From assembly GCA_041484665.1 (NCBI GenBank), contig JBGPIA010000008.1:1-64000 (forward strand): DNA of 64,000 bases, written 5' to 3'. Position numbers and translations under genes: made by a program. A model generated the notes under the pieces. That model had not been told where the DNA came from. It searched no databases and saw only the letters and a program-made list of their open reading frames with translations. The DNA is from Candidatus Krumholzibacteriia bacterium. GTDB lineage: Bacteria > Krumholzibacteriota > Krumholzibacteriia > JAJRXK01. Each line of letters begins with the position of its first letter. Position 1 is the stretch's first letter. Positions 17,844-26,982 of the stretch are shown piece by piece.

Positions 17844-18869
17844 ATGGCGAACAGCCATTCGGCCAAGAGCACGACGAGGCCCGCAGGGGCAGCTGCTCCG
17901 ACGACTGCCCAGCGTCGGGGAATTGTCGGGGCGGCCGGCGCCTCCGGGGCTGGCGGAAACGCACGCCTTCCCAAGTCCAAGAAGACCTCGAAGTCCTCCG
18001 GGGCTGCCAGGTCTGCCGGCAGTGGCAAGTCTGCACTCGCCGCCAGGCCCGCCGGGAATGCTCAGCCCGACCGCGTTGTCAGGTCGGCCGGAAATGCGCA
18101 CCGCGATCGCGCTGTCACCTCGGCCGGAACCGCCCGTCCCGCCCAAGCCTCCAAGCCCACGCGAGCTACCAAGGCTCCAGGATCTGGCCGGCCCACGAAG
18201 AGCCCGGCTCCGAAGTCCTCCAAGGCGAAACTCCGGCGCAAGGTCCCCAACCCGCACCTGCGCGAGATCCTCGTCGAGCTGCGCAAGGCCTACCCCGAGG
18301 CGCAGTGCAGCCTCGAGCACCAGGACCCCTTCCAGCTCTTGATCGCGACGATCCTGTCGGCGCAGTGCACCGACGCGCGCGTGAACATCGTGACGCGCGA
18401 TCTCTTCAAGCGGTACCGCACACCCGACGAATTCGCCGCAGCAACGCAGGAGGAGCTCGAGGCCGAGATCCGCTCCACCGGGTTCTTCCGCAGCAAGGCC
18501 CGCAACATCCGCGCGGCTTGCAAGGCGATCGTCGAGAAGCACGGCGGCCGGATCCCCAAGACCATGGAGGAGCTCTCGGCGCTGCAGGGTGTCGGTCGCA
18601 AGACCGCCAACGTTGTCCTGGGCAACGCCTTCAACTCGCCCGACGGCGTCGTGGTCGACACGCACGTCAAGCGCATCACGCACAAGCTTGCGCTGACGGA
18701 CGAGAAGAACCCCGAGAAGGTCGAGCGCGACCTCAACCGCATCGTCCCCCACAAGGACTGGGTGATCTTCGCGCACCAGGTGATCCTGCACGGCCGCCGC
18801 GTGTGCAATGCGCGCGCGCCGCTGTGCGACCAGTGCGTGCTGTACGCCTACTGCCCGACGCGGGGGTAG
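17844..18869 (+). CDS. nth: Endonuclease III with a long basic N-terminal extension
   Basis: LLIATILSAQCTD, HhH GVGRKTANVVL, VDTHVKR and 4Fe-4S motif CNARAPLCDQCVLYAYC. Start uncertain. Confidence 0.93.
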   Translation: MANSHSAKSTTRPAGAAAPTTAQRRGIVGAAGASGAGGNARLPKSKKTSKSSGAARSAGSGKSALAARPAGNAQPDRVVRSAGNAHRDRAVTSAGTARPAQASKPTRATKAPGSGRPTKSPAPKSSKAKLRRKVPNPHLREILVELRKAYPEAQCSLEHQDPFQLLIATILSAQCTDARVNIVTRDLFKRYRTPDEFAAATQEELEAEIRSTGFFRSKARNIRAACKAIVEKHGGRIPKTMEELSALQGVGRKTANVVLGNAFNSPDGVVVDTHVKRITHKLALTDEKNPEKVERDLNRIVPHKDWVIFAHQVILHGRRVCNARAPLCDQCVLYAYCPTRG

Positions 18870-18908
18870 CCCCGCACCGCTCGGCGGCCGCCGCCGAGAC
18901 CCGCTGCC

Positions 18909-19012
18909 GAGACCCGCTGTAGAGGCCCGCGACAGAGACCCGCTGTAGAGGCCCGCGACAGAGACCCGCTGCAGAGGCTCGCGACAGAGGGCAGCTGCAA
19001 AGGCCTGCGGCA
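18909..19012. repeat. 26-bp (2x13) tandem repeat, about 4 copies
   Basis: GAGACCCGCTGTAGAGGCCCGCGACA x2 exact, followed by two diverging copies. Confidence 0.9.
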
Positions 19013-19045
19013 CGGACTCCCCTGCGAGACGCACAGATCCGCCGG

Positions 19046-20956
19046 CTACTGCTCTGGCACTGCGGCCCGGCCCTGGGCGCCGCGCACCCGCGCGGTGGGT
19101 GCGCTCGCTGCGTCCAATCGTGCGCGGAACATCTCGCGCAGCATCGCTTCCGCGCGCTGGTGTGCGAGGCGGTGGCAGCTCGCGCAAAGCGTGATGAGGT
19201 TGGCGAGCTCGTTCACGCCCCCCACTTCCTTGGGCACGATGTGGTGCACGTGGATGAAGCGCGCGGCCTCGCAGCCTGGGGCGGCGCAACGATGGTGGTC
19301 GCGCTCGAGGACCTGCCGGCGCAGGCGGGGAGGGATCGTCGAGCGATTGCGCTGGCCAGGGCGCGACACGAGCGCGTCGCAGATGATCGCCGCCAACGCC
19401 AAGGGGCCCAGCGCCTTTTCGCCGCGGCTGGTGGGAACGTGCCCTTTCCCGCAGCGCTCGCAGACGTAGACGACAACCTGGTATGGCGGAGCGGCGTGGG
19501 CGCCGTGAGTTGCGGGGGTGCGTTTGGTCGGCGGCGAACTCGGTCCGGCGCTCAACGGCGGGGCGGGCGGCGCGGCGGGCGGCGGGGCGGCGCTCGGCGG
19601 GGCGCTCAGCGCGGCGCTTGGCGAGTCGCTCGGTGGGGCGGTCGGGCACGCACTCGGCTGGGCCATCGGCACCTCAGCCAGAGCGCCCGGCCTGCAGCCG
19701 GGCCCGCAGGCGCGCCCGGAATCGGGAGCTGAAACATGCTGCGCGGACTCAAGTTGCGTTGATTTGTGCACCCGGGTGCACATCACCGCGCCGGCCGGCG
19801 CTGCGGTTGGCGCGTCTGTCGCCACGTCCGTCGGTGCGGCGGCCCGCACGCCGTTCGGCGCGGTGGTCGACGCGCCGGTCGGCGCCGCGGTCGACACGCC
19901 GGTCGGTGCGCGCGCCGGCGAGGGCTCCGGCGAGGGCGCGGGCACGTCGCCCGCCGCACCCGGCCCAGGCTTGGCGCGGCCGCCACGCTGCTCGCCCACA
20001 GGGTGGGACTCGCGAGCCTCTCGCCCGCCGTTCATGCGCTCTGCAAGCGCCAGCTCCAGCGCGTCGAGATGCAGCTCCTCGCGGCGCCGGCGGTCGCCGC
20101 GCTTGCGCAGCGCCTCGACGAGGGCCTCGTAGCGCGCGTACTCCTCCGGCGTGAAGTCGAGCTGCACTCGCACCGGCAAGTCGGCCGCGAGCTCGGTGAG
20201 ATCTGGTAGCGATGGCCTTTCCTCACGGTCCGGGGATTCCAGAAGATCCGGGAGCTCCGAAGTCTGCGAGAGTCTCCCGAACTCGGGGAGCTCCGGAATC
20301 TCCGGGAGCTCCAGATTCTCCGGGAGCTTTAGCGGGTTCGGGGGGTTCGGAGGCTCCGGGAGCGAATTGGGCGTCGAAGCCGTCGAAGGCGCACCGTTCG
20401 ATAACACCGCCAGCAGCGTCGCAAGCGACGATGCAGGAGGCTCGCGACTCGGAATCGGCGCTTTCCCAATCGGCGTCGCTGCCACATCTTCGGTTGCCCG
20501 CGCCTTCACCTCCAGCTTCCCCTGCCGCGGATCCGTACCGCGCGCCACACGCGCCGCTGCGCGCACGCGGGCGACTTTCTGCTCGAGCTCGCGCCGGCTG
20601 CTCGCCTGCGCGTGTTCGATCCACGCGCCCTCCGTGCGCGTGGTGGCCACCCGTGCAATCGTGCGCGCTTTCGTCCAGCCCAGCTCTCCCGACTCGACCT
20701 TTGCCTTCAGCGCTGGCAAGCGCTGAAAATCCTGGGAGAGGCGCAGGAACTGCGCAGTACGCGAACGCGAAAAGGTCAGCGCATCGGCTGCGTAGTGGTG
20801 GATCGACGAGTATCCGAGCTCGCGGTAGAGCTGGCGCTGGTGGATCTCGGAGAACCAGAAGACAGCGCATTGCCCGGCCCGCTCGAGCTCGGCGAGCGAA
20901 TCCTTCAGGCAGGCGTGGACCTGCGCCGCCGGCAAACCGGTCCGGAGCGTCGACAT
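19046..20956 (-). CDS. HNH endonuclease with DUF222-like N-terminal region and low-complexity linkers
   Basis: LYRELGYSSIHHYA and GELGWTKAR N-terminal motifs; C-terminal RRQVLERDHHRCAAPGC...HVHHI...GG.N...NLITLCASCH. Confidence 0.85.
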   Translation of the reverse strand: MSTLRTGLPAAQVHACLKDSLAELERAGQCAVFWFSEIHQRQLYRELGYSSIHHYAADALTFSRSRTAQFLRLSQDFQRLPALKAKVESGELGWTKARTIARVATTRTEGAWIEHAQASSRRELEQKVARVRAAARVARGTDPRQGKLEVKARATEDVAATPIGKAPIPSREPPASSLATLLAVLSNGAPSTASTPNSLPEPPNPPNPLKLPENLELPEIPELPEFGRLSQTSELPDLLESPDREERPSLPDLTELAADLPVRVQLDFTPEEYARYEALVEALRKRGDRRRREELHLDALELALAERMNGGREARESHPVGEQRGGRAKPGPGAAGDVPAPSPEPSPARAPTGVSTAAPTGASTTAPNGVRAAAPTDVATDAPTAAPAGAVMCTRVHKSTQLESAQHVSAPDSGRACGPGCRPGALAEVPMAQPSACPTAPPSDSPSAALSAPPSAAPPPAAPPAPPLSAGPSSPPTKRTPATHGAHAAPPYQVVVYVCERCGKGHVPTSRGEKALGPLALAAIICDALVSRPGQRNRSTIPPRLRRQVLERDHHRCAAPGCEAARFIHVHHIVPKEVGGVNELANLITLCASCHRLAHQRAEAMLREMFRARLDAASAPTARVRGAQGRAAVPEQ

Positions 20957-20972
20957 CGCGACGACCCTTCTG

Positions 20973-21074
20973 GGAGGCGCACGAGGAGGCGTCCGGGGGA
21001 GGCGCGGCGGAGGGCGTCAACGGGAAGCGTCCGCGGGAGGCGTCGACAGGAGCGGTCGACGGGAGGCGTCTGCG
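20973..21074. repeat. Degenerate 12-13-bp tandem repeat (GGAGGCGTCGACG-like), about 8 units
   Basis: Consecutive units GAGGGCGTCAACG, GGAAGCGTCCGCG, GGAGGCGTCGACA, GGAGCGGTCGACG, GGAGGCGTCTGCG. Confidence 0.75.
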
Positions 21075-21365
21075 AGAGACCCCGAGATACCTTCGCGCGA
21101 GGGGTCAACGGGTGGCGCGACGGGAGACGCGATGGGCGGCGTCGAGGACAAACGGAGGCGGCACTTTGGGCGGCCACCACGTCGAGACGAACATCAAGAT
21201 AGAGAAATGTCCCAAATGCGCAAATTCATAACTAACTATATCACAACATGTTACGCTCTCTGTACAGCATCGCCTCTGCGGCCAGGCTCCACCGGGTCCG
21301 CGGGTCGAATGGCGCGCCCAACCGCGCGCTGGACCGCGCATCGAATGACGGGCGGGCAGACACGA

Positions 21366-21388
21366 AGGGCCGGGTTGAACCCGGCCCT
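21366..21388. repeat. Perfect inverted repeat (REP-like or terminator)
   Basis: AGGGCCGGGTT-G-AACCCGGCCCT. Confidence 0.6.
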
Positions 21389-21677
21389 CCAATGGCGATC
21401 CGTGCAGGGCGCTGATTGAGGGAAGCTGAGGAGGCAGGAGGCTTTGACGATCGGAGGCGCGAGGCTTTGACGATCGGACGCCTGAGGTGGGGAGACTCTC
21501 ACTCGTGCGGTCCGTCTGGGCGGCTCGGGGACCGCGCTCAGTGGGCTGCGCTCAGCCGAGCCACTCGAGGCGTGCCCGCGGCTCGTGCGTCGCGCGTGTT
21601 GGGCCTGTCGAGGGCAACAGGCGCGACCCACGGCCCGTTCGGCTGACCCCGGCTGCGCGGCTCACCGCATTCCCGCG

Positions 21678-21758
21678 GCTCGTGCCGCTCGCACCGCTCG
21701 CACAGCTCGTGCAGCTCGTGCAGCTCGTGCGGCTCGCGCAGCGCAGCCGGCTCACCCG
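21678..21758. repeat. 9-bp tandem repeat (GCTCGTGCA-like), about 9 units
   Basis: Directly visible downstream of ssb. Confidence 0.8.
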
Positions 21759-21782
21759 GCCCACTCGTCGCACTCAGGGCGG

Positions 21783-22277
21783 TCAGAACGGGAGGTCCTC
21801 ATCCTCCTCGGCAACGGGAGCCACACTGCTCGGCTCGCCGGAACGCGCGCTCATCGCAGCGGTCCCGACGTCGTCTGCGCCAGCGCCCGCGCCCGAGTCC
21901 TCGTCGCCACCCGCCGCCCCTGCGGCCATCGCCGCCGGCGACTCGCCAGCGCGACCGAGCATCTGCATGGTTAGCGCGACAACTTCGGTCGTGTAGCGCG
22001 TCTGGCCGTTCTTGTCCTCCCACTTACGGGTCTGGATCCGGCCCTCGATGTACACCTGTTTGCCCTTGCGCAGGTACTGGCCGCAGATCTCGGCGAGCCT
22101 GCCCCATGCAACGACATTGTGCCACTCCGTGCGGTCCTGCTTCTGGCCGCTCTGGTCGGTGAACCGCTCGCTGGTAGCCACGGTGAAGTTGGCCACCTGC
22201 GAGCCGCTCTGGGTTGTCCGCATCTCCGGATCCCTGCCCAGATTGCCGACGAGGATGGCTTTGTTGATTCCAGCCAT
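21783..22277 (-). CDS. ssb: Single-stranded DNA-binding protein
   Basis: [38 protein letters not shown], acidic tip EDLPF; AGGAGG RBS. Confidence 0.97.
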   Translation of the reverse strand: MAGINKAILVGNLGRDPEMRTTQSGSQVANFTVATSERFTDQSGQKQDRTEWHNVVAWGRLAEICGQYLRKGKQVYIEGRIQTRKWEDKNGQTRYTTEVVALTMQMLGRAGESPAAMAAGAAGGDEDSGAGAGADDVGTAAMSARSGEPSSVAPVAEEDEDLPF

Positions 22278-22760
22278 TCCTGCTCCTCCTGACGGGTTCG
22301 GAGCCGGCCCGGTGCGGGCACAGCCCCGGCGTTTGATGGATCCCCTGCACGGGATCCTCGACAGCCTAATGAAGCGCGGAGCCCGGGTCAACGCGGCCGG
22401 AACATTGGAACTGGGTCAACGCGGTCGGATGAACGCGGCCGGGGCGGAGCGGCCTGGCACACGCGGCCTGGACGGAGCGGCTGGGATGGGGCCGCTGGGA
22501 CGGAGTGGCTGGGACGGGGCCGCTGGGCCGAGGCGACCAAGCAGCCGCAGGCATACACCCTGCAGCGCGCGAGGTGCCGGCAATCGAGTTCCCGCAGGCG
22601 TGGACCCCACGGCGCGCGAGGCGCCGGCAGCCGTGCTCCCACCGGTGTGGGCCGCGTATCTGCGCCGCAAATCAGCACTCCAAGTCACGACTCCAGGTCA
22701 GTGGTCCACGCCGCTCCCCTCCGCCGGTACCCTGCGCCGACACCCTGCGCGTCCACCCCC

Positions 22761-22777
22761 GTTTCCACCGTGGAAAC
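22761..22777. promoter_or_regulatory. parS-like palindrome (non-canonical, one extra central base)
   Basis: GTTTCCAC-C-GTGGAAAC about 400 bp upstream of parA. Confidence 0.35.
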
Positions 22778-22996
22778 TCCCGTGCGCATGGTGTAGCTTC
22801 CCGTTTCCTGTCGTCGGCGTCACGCTTCGGCCCCGCCGCTGCGTCCATTCCGTGCGCCTGAGCGCCGCACCTCACGCGGCCACGGCTACGGCTGGGCCCG
22901 CGGTCGCGCGGGCAGGGCCGGTCCTGGGGACCCGGCTCCGGCAGCCGGGGCGCCCGGACGTGCGGGCCTTTAATGCGAGGAGGACGCCTCGGAAAC

Positions 22997-23183
22997 CGGC
23001 GCGGGTGACGGCGCGAATACCGGCGGCAATCCCGGCGCGCGCAGCGACGCGAGCACCGCCACAAGGCGTCATACGAGACCCGATACAAGGCCCGATACCC
23101 GCCCCGACACAAGCCCCATTCGAGAAGCTCCCACGAGCATCGACACAAGGCCCCACTCAAGCACCGACACGAGGATCGACACC
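22997..23183. repeat. Degenerate 12-bp tandem array, about 15 units, ending at the parA start codon
   Basis: Units drift from CGGCGCGAATAC to CGATACAAGGCC, CGACACAAGCCC and CGACACGAGGAT. Confidence 0.7.
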
Positions 23184-24062
23184 ATGTCCAAGGGAAAGGC
23201 AATCGCGATCGTTTCGCAGAAGGGCGGCGTGGGCAAGACCACGACCGTGGCCAACCTCGCGGCCAGCTTCGCCCAAGAGGGACAGCGCGTGCTGGTCGTG
23301 GAGGTGGATCCGCAGGGGGCGCTCTCGCGCAGCCTCGGCCAGGATCCCGCCCAGGCATCGCTGGGCCTGGGTGACCTGCTGCTGGACCGCTGCGGCCCCG
23401 AGGAGACGCTGCGCGACACGTCCGTGCCCGGCGTGACGCTCTTGCCGGCGAGCTCGCTCGCGCAGCTCGACGACGAGGCGCTCACGCGCGCCTGCCTGGA
23501 CGATCCGCTCAAGCTGCGCATGGTGGTCGCGGGGCTGAAGCCGCGCTTCCCGATCGTGCTGCTCGACGGCCCGCCCACGCTGGGGGTCCTCAGTCGGGCG
23601 ACGATGGCCGCCGCCGACAGCTACCTGGTGCCGGTGCAGGCCGAGGAGCTCTCCTACCTGACGCTGCCGCGGCTGCTTCAGGTGGCCGAGCAGGTCAAGG
23701 CCAGCGACAACCCAGGCCTGGAGTGCGAGGGGCTGCTGCTGACGATGGTCGACCTGCGCACGCGCATGTCGGTGAAAGTCGTCAATCAGCTCTACGAGAA
23801 CTACGGCGATCGCGTGCTGGTGGCGATGATCCCGCGGTCGGTGCAGCTGCAGGAAATGAGCGAGCGTGGCAAGCCGGCGGTGCTCTATGCCTCCGGCAGC
23901 AAGGGCGCGCGCGCCTATCAGGAGGTCGCCCGCGAGCTGCTGCTGGGCGGAGGCGAGCCGGGCGATGAGATCGACCCGACGCAGATCGACGCGTCCGAGG
24001 CGATCGTGCTCAGCCGCAATGCGGAGTCGCTGTACGCCAACGCCGGCCTCTCGAGGCACTGA
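23184..24062 (+). CDS. parA: ParA/Soj family ATPase (no adjacent parB)
   Basis: Deviant Walker A QKGGVGKTT, VDPQG, LLDGPP, GLLLTMVD. Confidence 0.9.
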   Translation: MSKGKAIAIVSQKGGVGKTTTVANLAASFAQEGQRVLVVEVDPQGALSRSLGQDPAQASLGLGDLLLDRCGPEETLRDTSVPGVTLLPASSLAQLDDEALTRACLDDPLKLRMVVAGLKPRFPIVLLDGPPTLGVLSRATMAAADSYLVPVQAEELSYLTLPRLLQVAEQVKASDNPGLECEGLLLTMVDLRTRMSVKVVNQLYENYGDRVLVAMIPRSVQLQEMSERGKPAVLYASGSKGARAYQEVARELLLGGGEPGDEIDPTQIDASEAIVLSRNAESLYANAGLSRH

Positions 24063-24203
24063 CGCGACGTCCGACGGGCGCCATGACGCGGGCCAATCAC
24101 GCAGGCGTCCCGGGTCGCGGCAGCGTACGTGGCCGCGTGCGCGGCCCGAGGCGATCCGCCGGCGAACCCGCACAGGGTCGGCCCGTGCACGTTTCGGCGA
24201 GCG

Positions 24204-24278
24204 CGTGAGCACAATGTGCTTACGGCGGGCGCCGCAGAGGCCCGCATTCCCCGCAGGCGTGAGCACAATGTGCTCACG
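24204..24278. repeat. Two copies of 21-bp palindrome CGTGAGCACA-A-TGTGCTYACG
   Basis: 24204-24224 (one mismatch from perfect) and 24258-24278 (perfect); third copy at 36955. Confidence 0.85.
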
Positions 24279-24456
24279 GCCCAGCCGAAGACATACACGC
24301 TCTGCCGACCGCCAAGCTCTGGCCGACCGCGCCGCTCACCCCCCACCCACACACCCGCACACCCGATCGGGCTGCCGCTTTCCGGATCGGCCGCCCGCGC
24401 GCGGCCGACCGGCCGCCTGGGCAAGCCCACCGCGCACGAAGCCCGCGCGCTGAGCG

Positions 24457-25659
24457 CTACCCGGTAACCCGCATCGTGCGCGTGCCCAGCACGCCGAACA
24501 CGAGCGCCATCCCCGACAGCACGAGCACCGGCAACGCCAGGGCGCCGATCCCCTGGCCAAACGTGATCAACGCGTGCATGCCGTCCATGGCCCAGGCCGT
24601 GGGGAAGACATGGCCCAGGCTGCGCAGCCAGCTGGGCACGATCTCCAGCGGCCACCAGCAGCCGCCCAGCGCCGCCATGATCATGCCGATCAGCCACGAC
24701 ACGCTTTCCGCCTGCTGGCTGGTGCGGAAGATCCCGCCCGCGAACAGCGCGATGCACGCGATGCACACCGAATAGGGGACCAGCAAGATCAACAGCCCCG
24801 GCACGGCCGAGCCCCACGAGAACTTGATCCCCATGACGTGCGCCTGGCCCATGACCTGCGCGGCCACGATCAGGATGAGCGCCTGCGTCATTCCCAAAAG
24901 CGTCAGTCCCATCACCTTCCCCGTCATGATCTCGCGCCGCGAGATGGGTGTCGTCGCCAGGCGCGTCAGCGTGCCGGTGGCCTTTTCGGTGGTGAGCGCC
25001 TCCGCGCCTCCAATGATCACCGTCATGACGATGAACATCGCGAGCATGCCCGGCACCGACTGTCCCATCCCCGACGGGACTGGACGGCCGCGCCCTGCGT
25101 AACTTGACCGGATCCTCACCAGCGGCTCCTCGTGCAGCAACGCGAAGAACCGGCCCTTGTCGGCGTCGCTGACCTGCACCGGAGCGTGCGGCGCGCCGGC
25201 CGCGGGCGCCGGGAGCCAGCGCGCGAGCGTGCCCAGAAAGCCCACCAGCGCTTGGTGCAGCCGTGCCTCAGCGGCGAAGTCGTAGCTCTCGTTGCTCTTG
25301 GCGAGCTTGGTGAGCGTGACCTCGGTCTTGTTGTGGGAGAGGATCGAGCGGGTGAACCCCTCCGGAAAGCTCGCGACGCTCGCGTCGAGCGTCGTGTCCG
25401 CCGCGGCCTTGGGCGTGAACTCCGTCACTTCGAAGCTGTGGCTGCGCAGCGCGTCGACGAAGCCCTCCGTGAGGAACTCGCCGTCGGCATTGATCACCGG
25501 CAGCGTGACCGTGACCTTCTCGGGGCCCTCGGGGCTGCGGAACGCAGCGCCGAAGAACAGGATGAATGCGATCGGCATCAGGAACAGGAAGAAGATGTTG
25601 CTGCGGTCCTTCAGGTGCAGGCGCAGGTCGTTGAGGGCGACATGCAGGATGTTCCTCAT
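24457..25659 (-). CDS. ABC-2 type exporter permease
   Basis: TM pattern; EKATGTLTRL, ALGGCWWPLEI and PTAWAMDG motifs. Confidence 0.9.
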   Translation of the reverse strand: MRNILHVALNDLRLHLKDRSNIFFLFLMPIAFILFFGAAFRSPEGPEKVTVTLPVINADGEFLTEGFVDALRSHSFEVTEFTPKAAADTTLDASVASFPEGFTRSILSHNKTEVTLTKLAKSNESYDFAAEARLHQALVGFLGTLARWLPAPAAGAPHAPVQVSDADKGRFFALLHEEPLVRIRSSYAGRGRPVPSGMGQSVPGMLAMFIVMTVIIGGAEALTTEKATGTLTRLATTPISRREIMTGKVMGLTLLGMTQALILIVAAQVMGQAHVMGIKFSWGSAVPGLLILLVPYSVCIACIALFAGGIFRTSQQAESVSWLIGMIMAALGGCWWPLEIVPSWLRSLGHVFPTAWAMDGMHALITFGQGIGALALPVLVLSGMALVFGVLGTRTMRVTG

Positions 25660-26906
25660 GCGAACCCCCTGCGCACCTTGCGCACCATGAGGACATACGC
25701 GACACCCGCCGTCACGGCCCCCAGCAGCGCGAGCGTTCCGATATTGCGCGCCACGTCGGCCAGCGCCTGGTGGCCCAGCAGCAGCTTGGTGTAGCCGTCC
25801 ACCGCCCAGTAGTTCAGGGTCATGGGCGCCACGCGCTTGAGCGCCGCGGGCAGCACGTCCAGGGGGATCATGCTCCCGCCGACCGCGCTCATGCCCATGA
25901 TCAAGATCCAGCTGAGACCGCCCGCCTGCTTCAGCGTGCGCACCAGCGAGAAGACCAGAGCGAGCAGCCCGCAGCTCGCCAGACTGAAGGAGACCGACAG
26001 GAGCAGCACCGCCAGCCCGTCGATGGGCGGGTGGTACCAGCGTAGCACCGCGCCGATCAGTGCCAGTATCGCCAGCACGATCAGGCTGAACAGCACGCCG
26101 AAGACGATTTTACCCCCAACGATCTGCGAAATCCCCAAGGGCGACACGAGCTGGCGGCGCAGCATTCCGCTCTGGCGCTCCTCGAACAGGTCCATGATCG
26201 CGCGCGTGGCGATGAACAGCACCGCCATGACGGTGGTCATGACCATCACGTAGCCGAAGATCGCGTTGCGACCGCTGTCGCCGGACTTTGCCGCGGCCTT
26301 CTCCTTGACCGAGGTGATCTGGACCAGCGGCGGCAAAAGAACCGGTCGCGCCTGCGTGATGTGGTCCATGATCGAGCCGGCCAGCGACACGATCTGCCCC
26401 GTCCGCGGGAACTCGTCGCGGGTGGCCAGCTCCTGGATGCGCGCGAGATCGTCGCCGGCGAGCTTGACCCCGTTGTGCAAGTAGGTGCCGAGCACCCCCG
26501 CTCCGATCTCGATGATCTCGGGGAAGATCCCCTCGGCTGGATTGCGCACCACCTGCAGCGCCGTGGTGTTGCCGACCAGCAGCGAGTCGGAGAATCCCTT
26601 GGGGAAAACCACCAGCGCCGAGGCGTCCCCCTTCTCCATGAGCGCGAATCCCTCCTCGCCCACCACCACGCCGTCGAATCGCTTGATCATCTCCTCCTGC
26701 TGGAAGCCACCCAGGATGAAGCGTGTCAGCGCGCTGTCGTCGCGGTCGAGCAGGAAGACCTTGATGCGCGGCGTCTTTTCGTCGCTGAAACCGCTGCTGA
26801 TCGTCCCGATCATCAGCGTCATGAACAGCGGAAAGATCAGCATGACCACCGTAGGCACCGGGCTGCGCCAGCGCCGGGTGAGGTCCTTGAGGATGAGGTT
26901 CAGCAT
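25656..26906 (-). CDS. ABC-2 type exporter permease
   Basis: TM pattern; EERQSGMLRR and GGSMIPL; ATGA overlap with the next gene. Confidence 0.9.
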   Translation of the reverse strand: MLNLILKDLTRRWRSPVPTVVMLIFPLFMTLMIGTISSGFSDEKTPRIKVFLLDRDDSALTRFILGGFQQEEMIKRFDGVVVGEEGFALMEKGDASALVVFPKGFSDSLLVGNTTALQVVRNPAEGIFPEIIEIGAGVLGTYLHNGVKLAGDDLARIQELATRDEFPRTGQIVSLAGSIMDHITQARPVLLPPLVQITSVKEKAAAKSGDSGRNAIFGYVMVMTTVMAVLFIATRAIMDLFEERQSGMLRRQLVSPLGISQIVGGKIVFGVLFSLIVLAILALIGAVLRWYHPPIDGLAVLLLSVSFSLASCGLLALVFSLVRTLKQAGGLSWILIMGMSAVGGSMIPLDVLPAALKRVAPMTLNYWAVDGYTKLLLGHQALADVARNIGTLALLGAVTAGVAYVLMVRKVRRGFA

Positions 26907-26982
26907 GGGTGGACCTCGTGGGAGGGCGTGGAGACATTGACCGCGGCAGCTGGCGCCACAGCGGCGTCGATGGCGGCGCGCA

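Noticed and set aside
18909..19012. Possible CRISPR array (also the other repeat arrays)
   Set aside because: Units are contiguous with no unique spacers, and there are no cas genes.
17793..19649. Long antisense or alternate-frame ORFs (also 33818-35914, 46543-48318, 48501-50351, 50771-52591, 53966-56764, 54475-56586)
   Set aside because: Shadows of well-supported genes in GC-rich DNA; Arg/Ala/Pro-rich with no recognisable motifs.
22012..23436. 474-aa ORF spanning the ssb-parA spacer
   Set aside because: Overlaps ssb and parA; its repetitive peptide merely reflects the 12-bp array.
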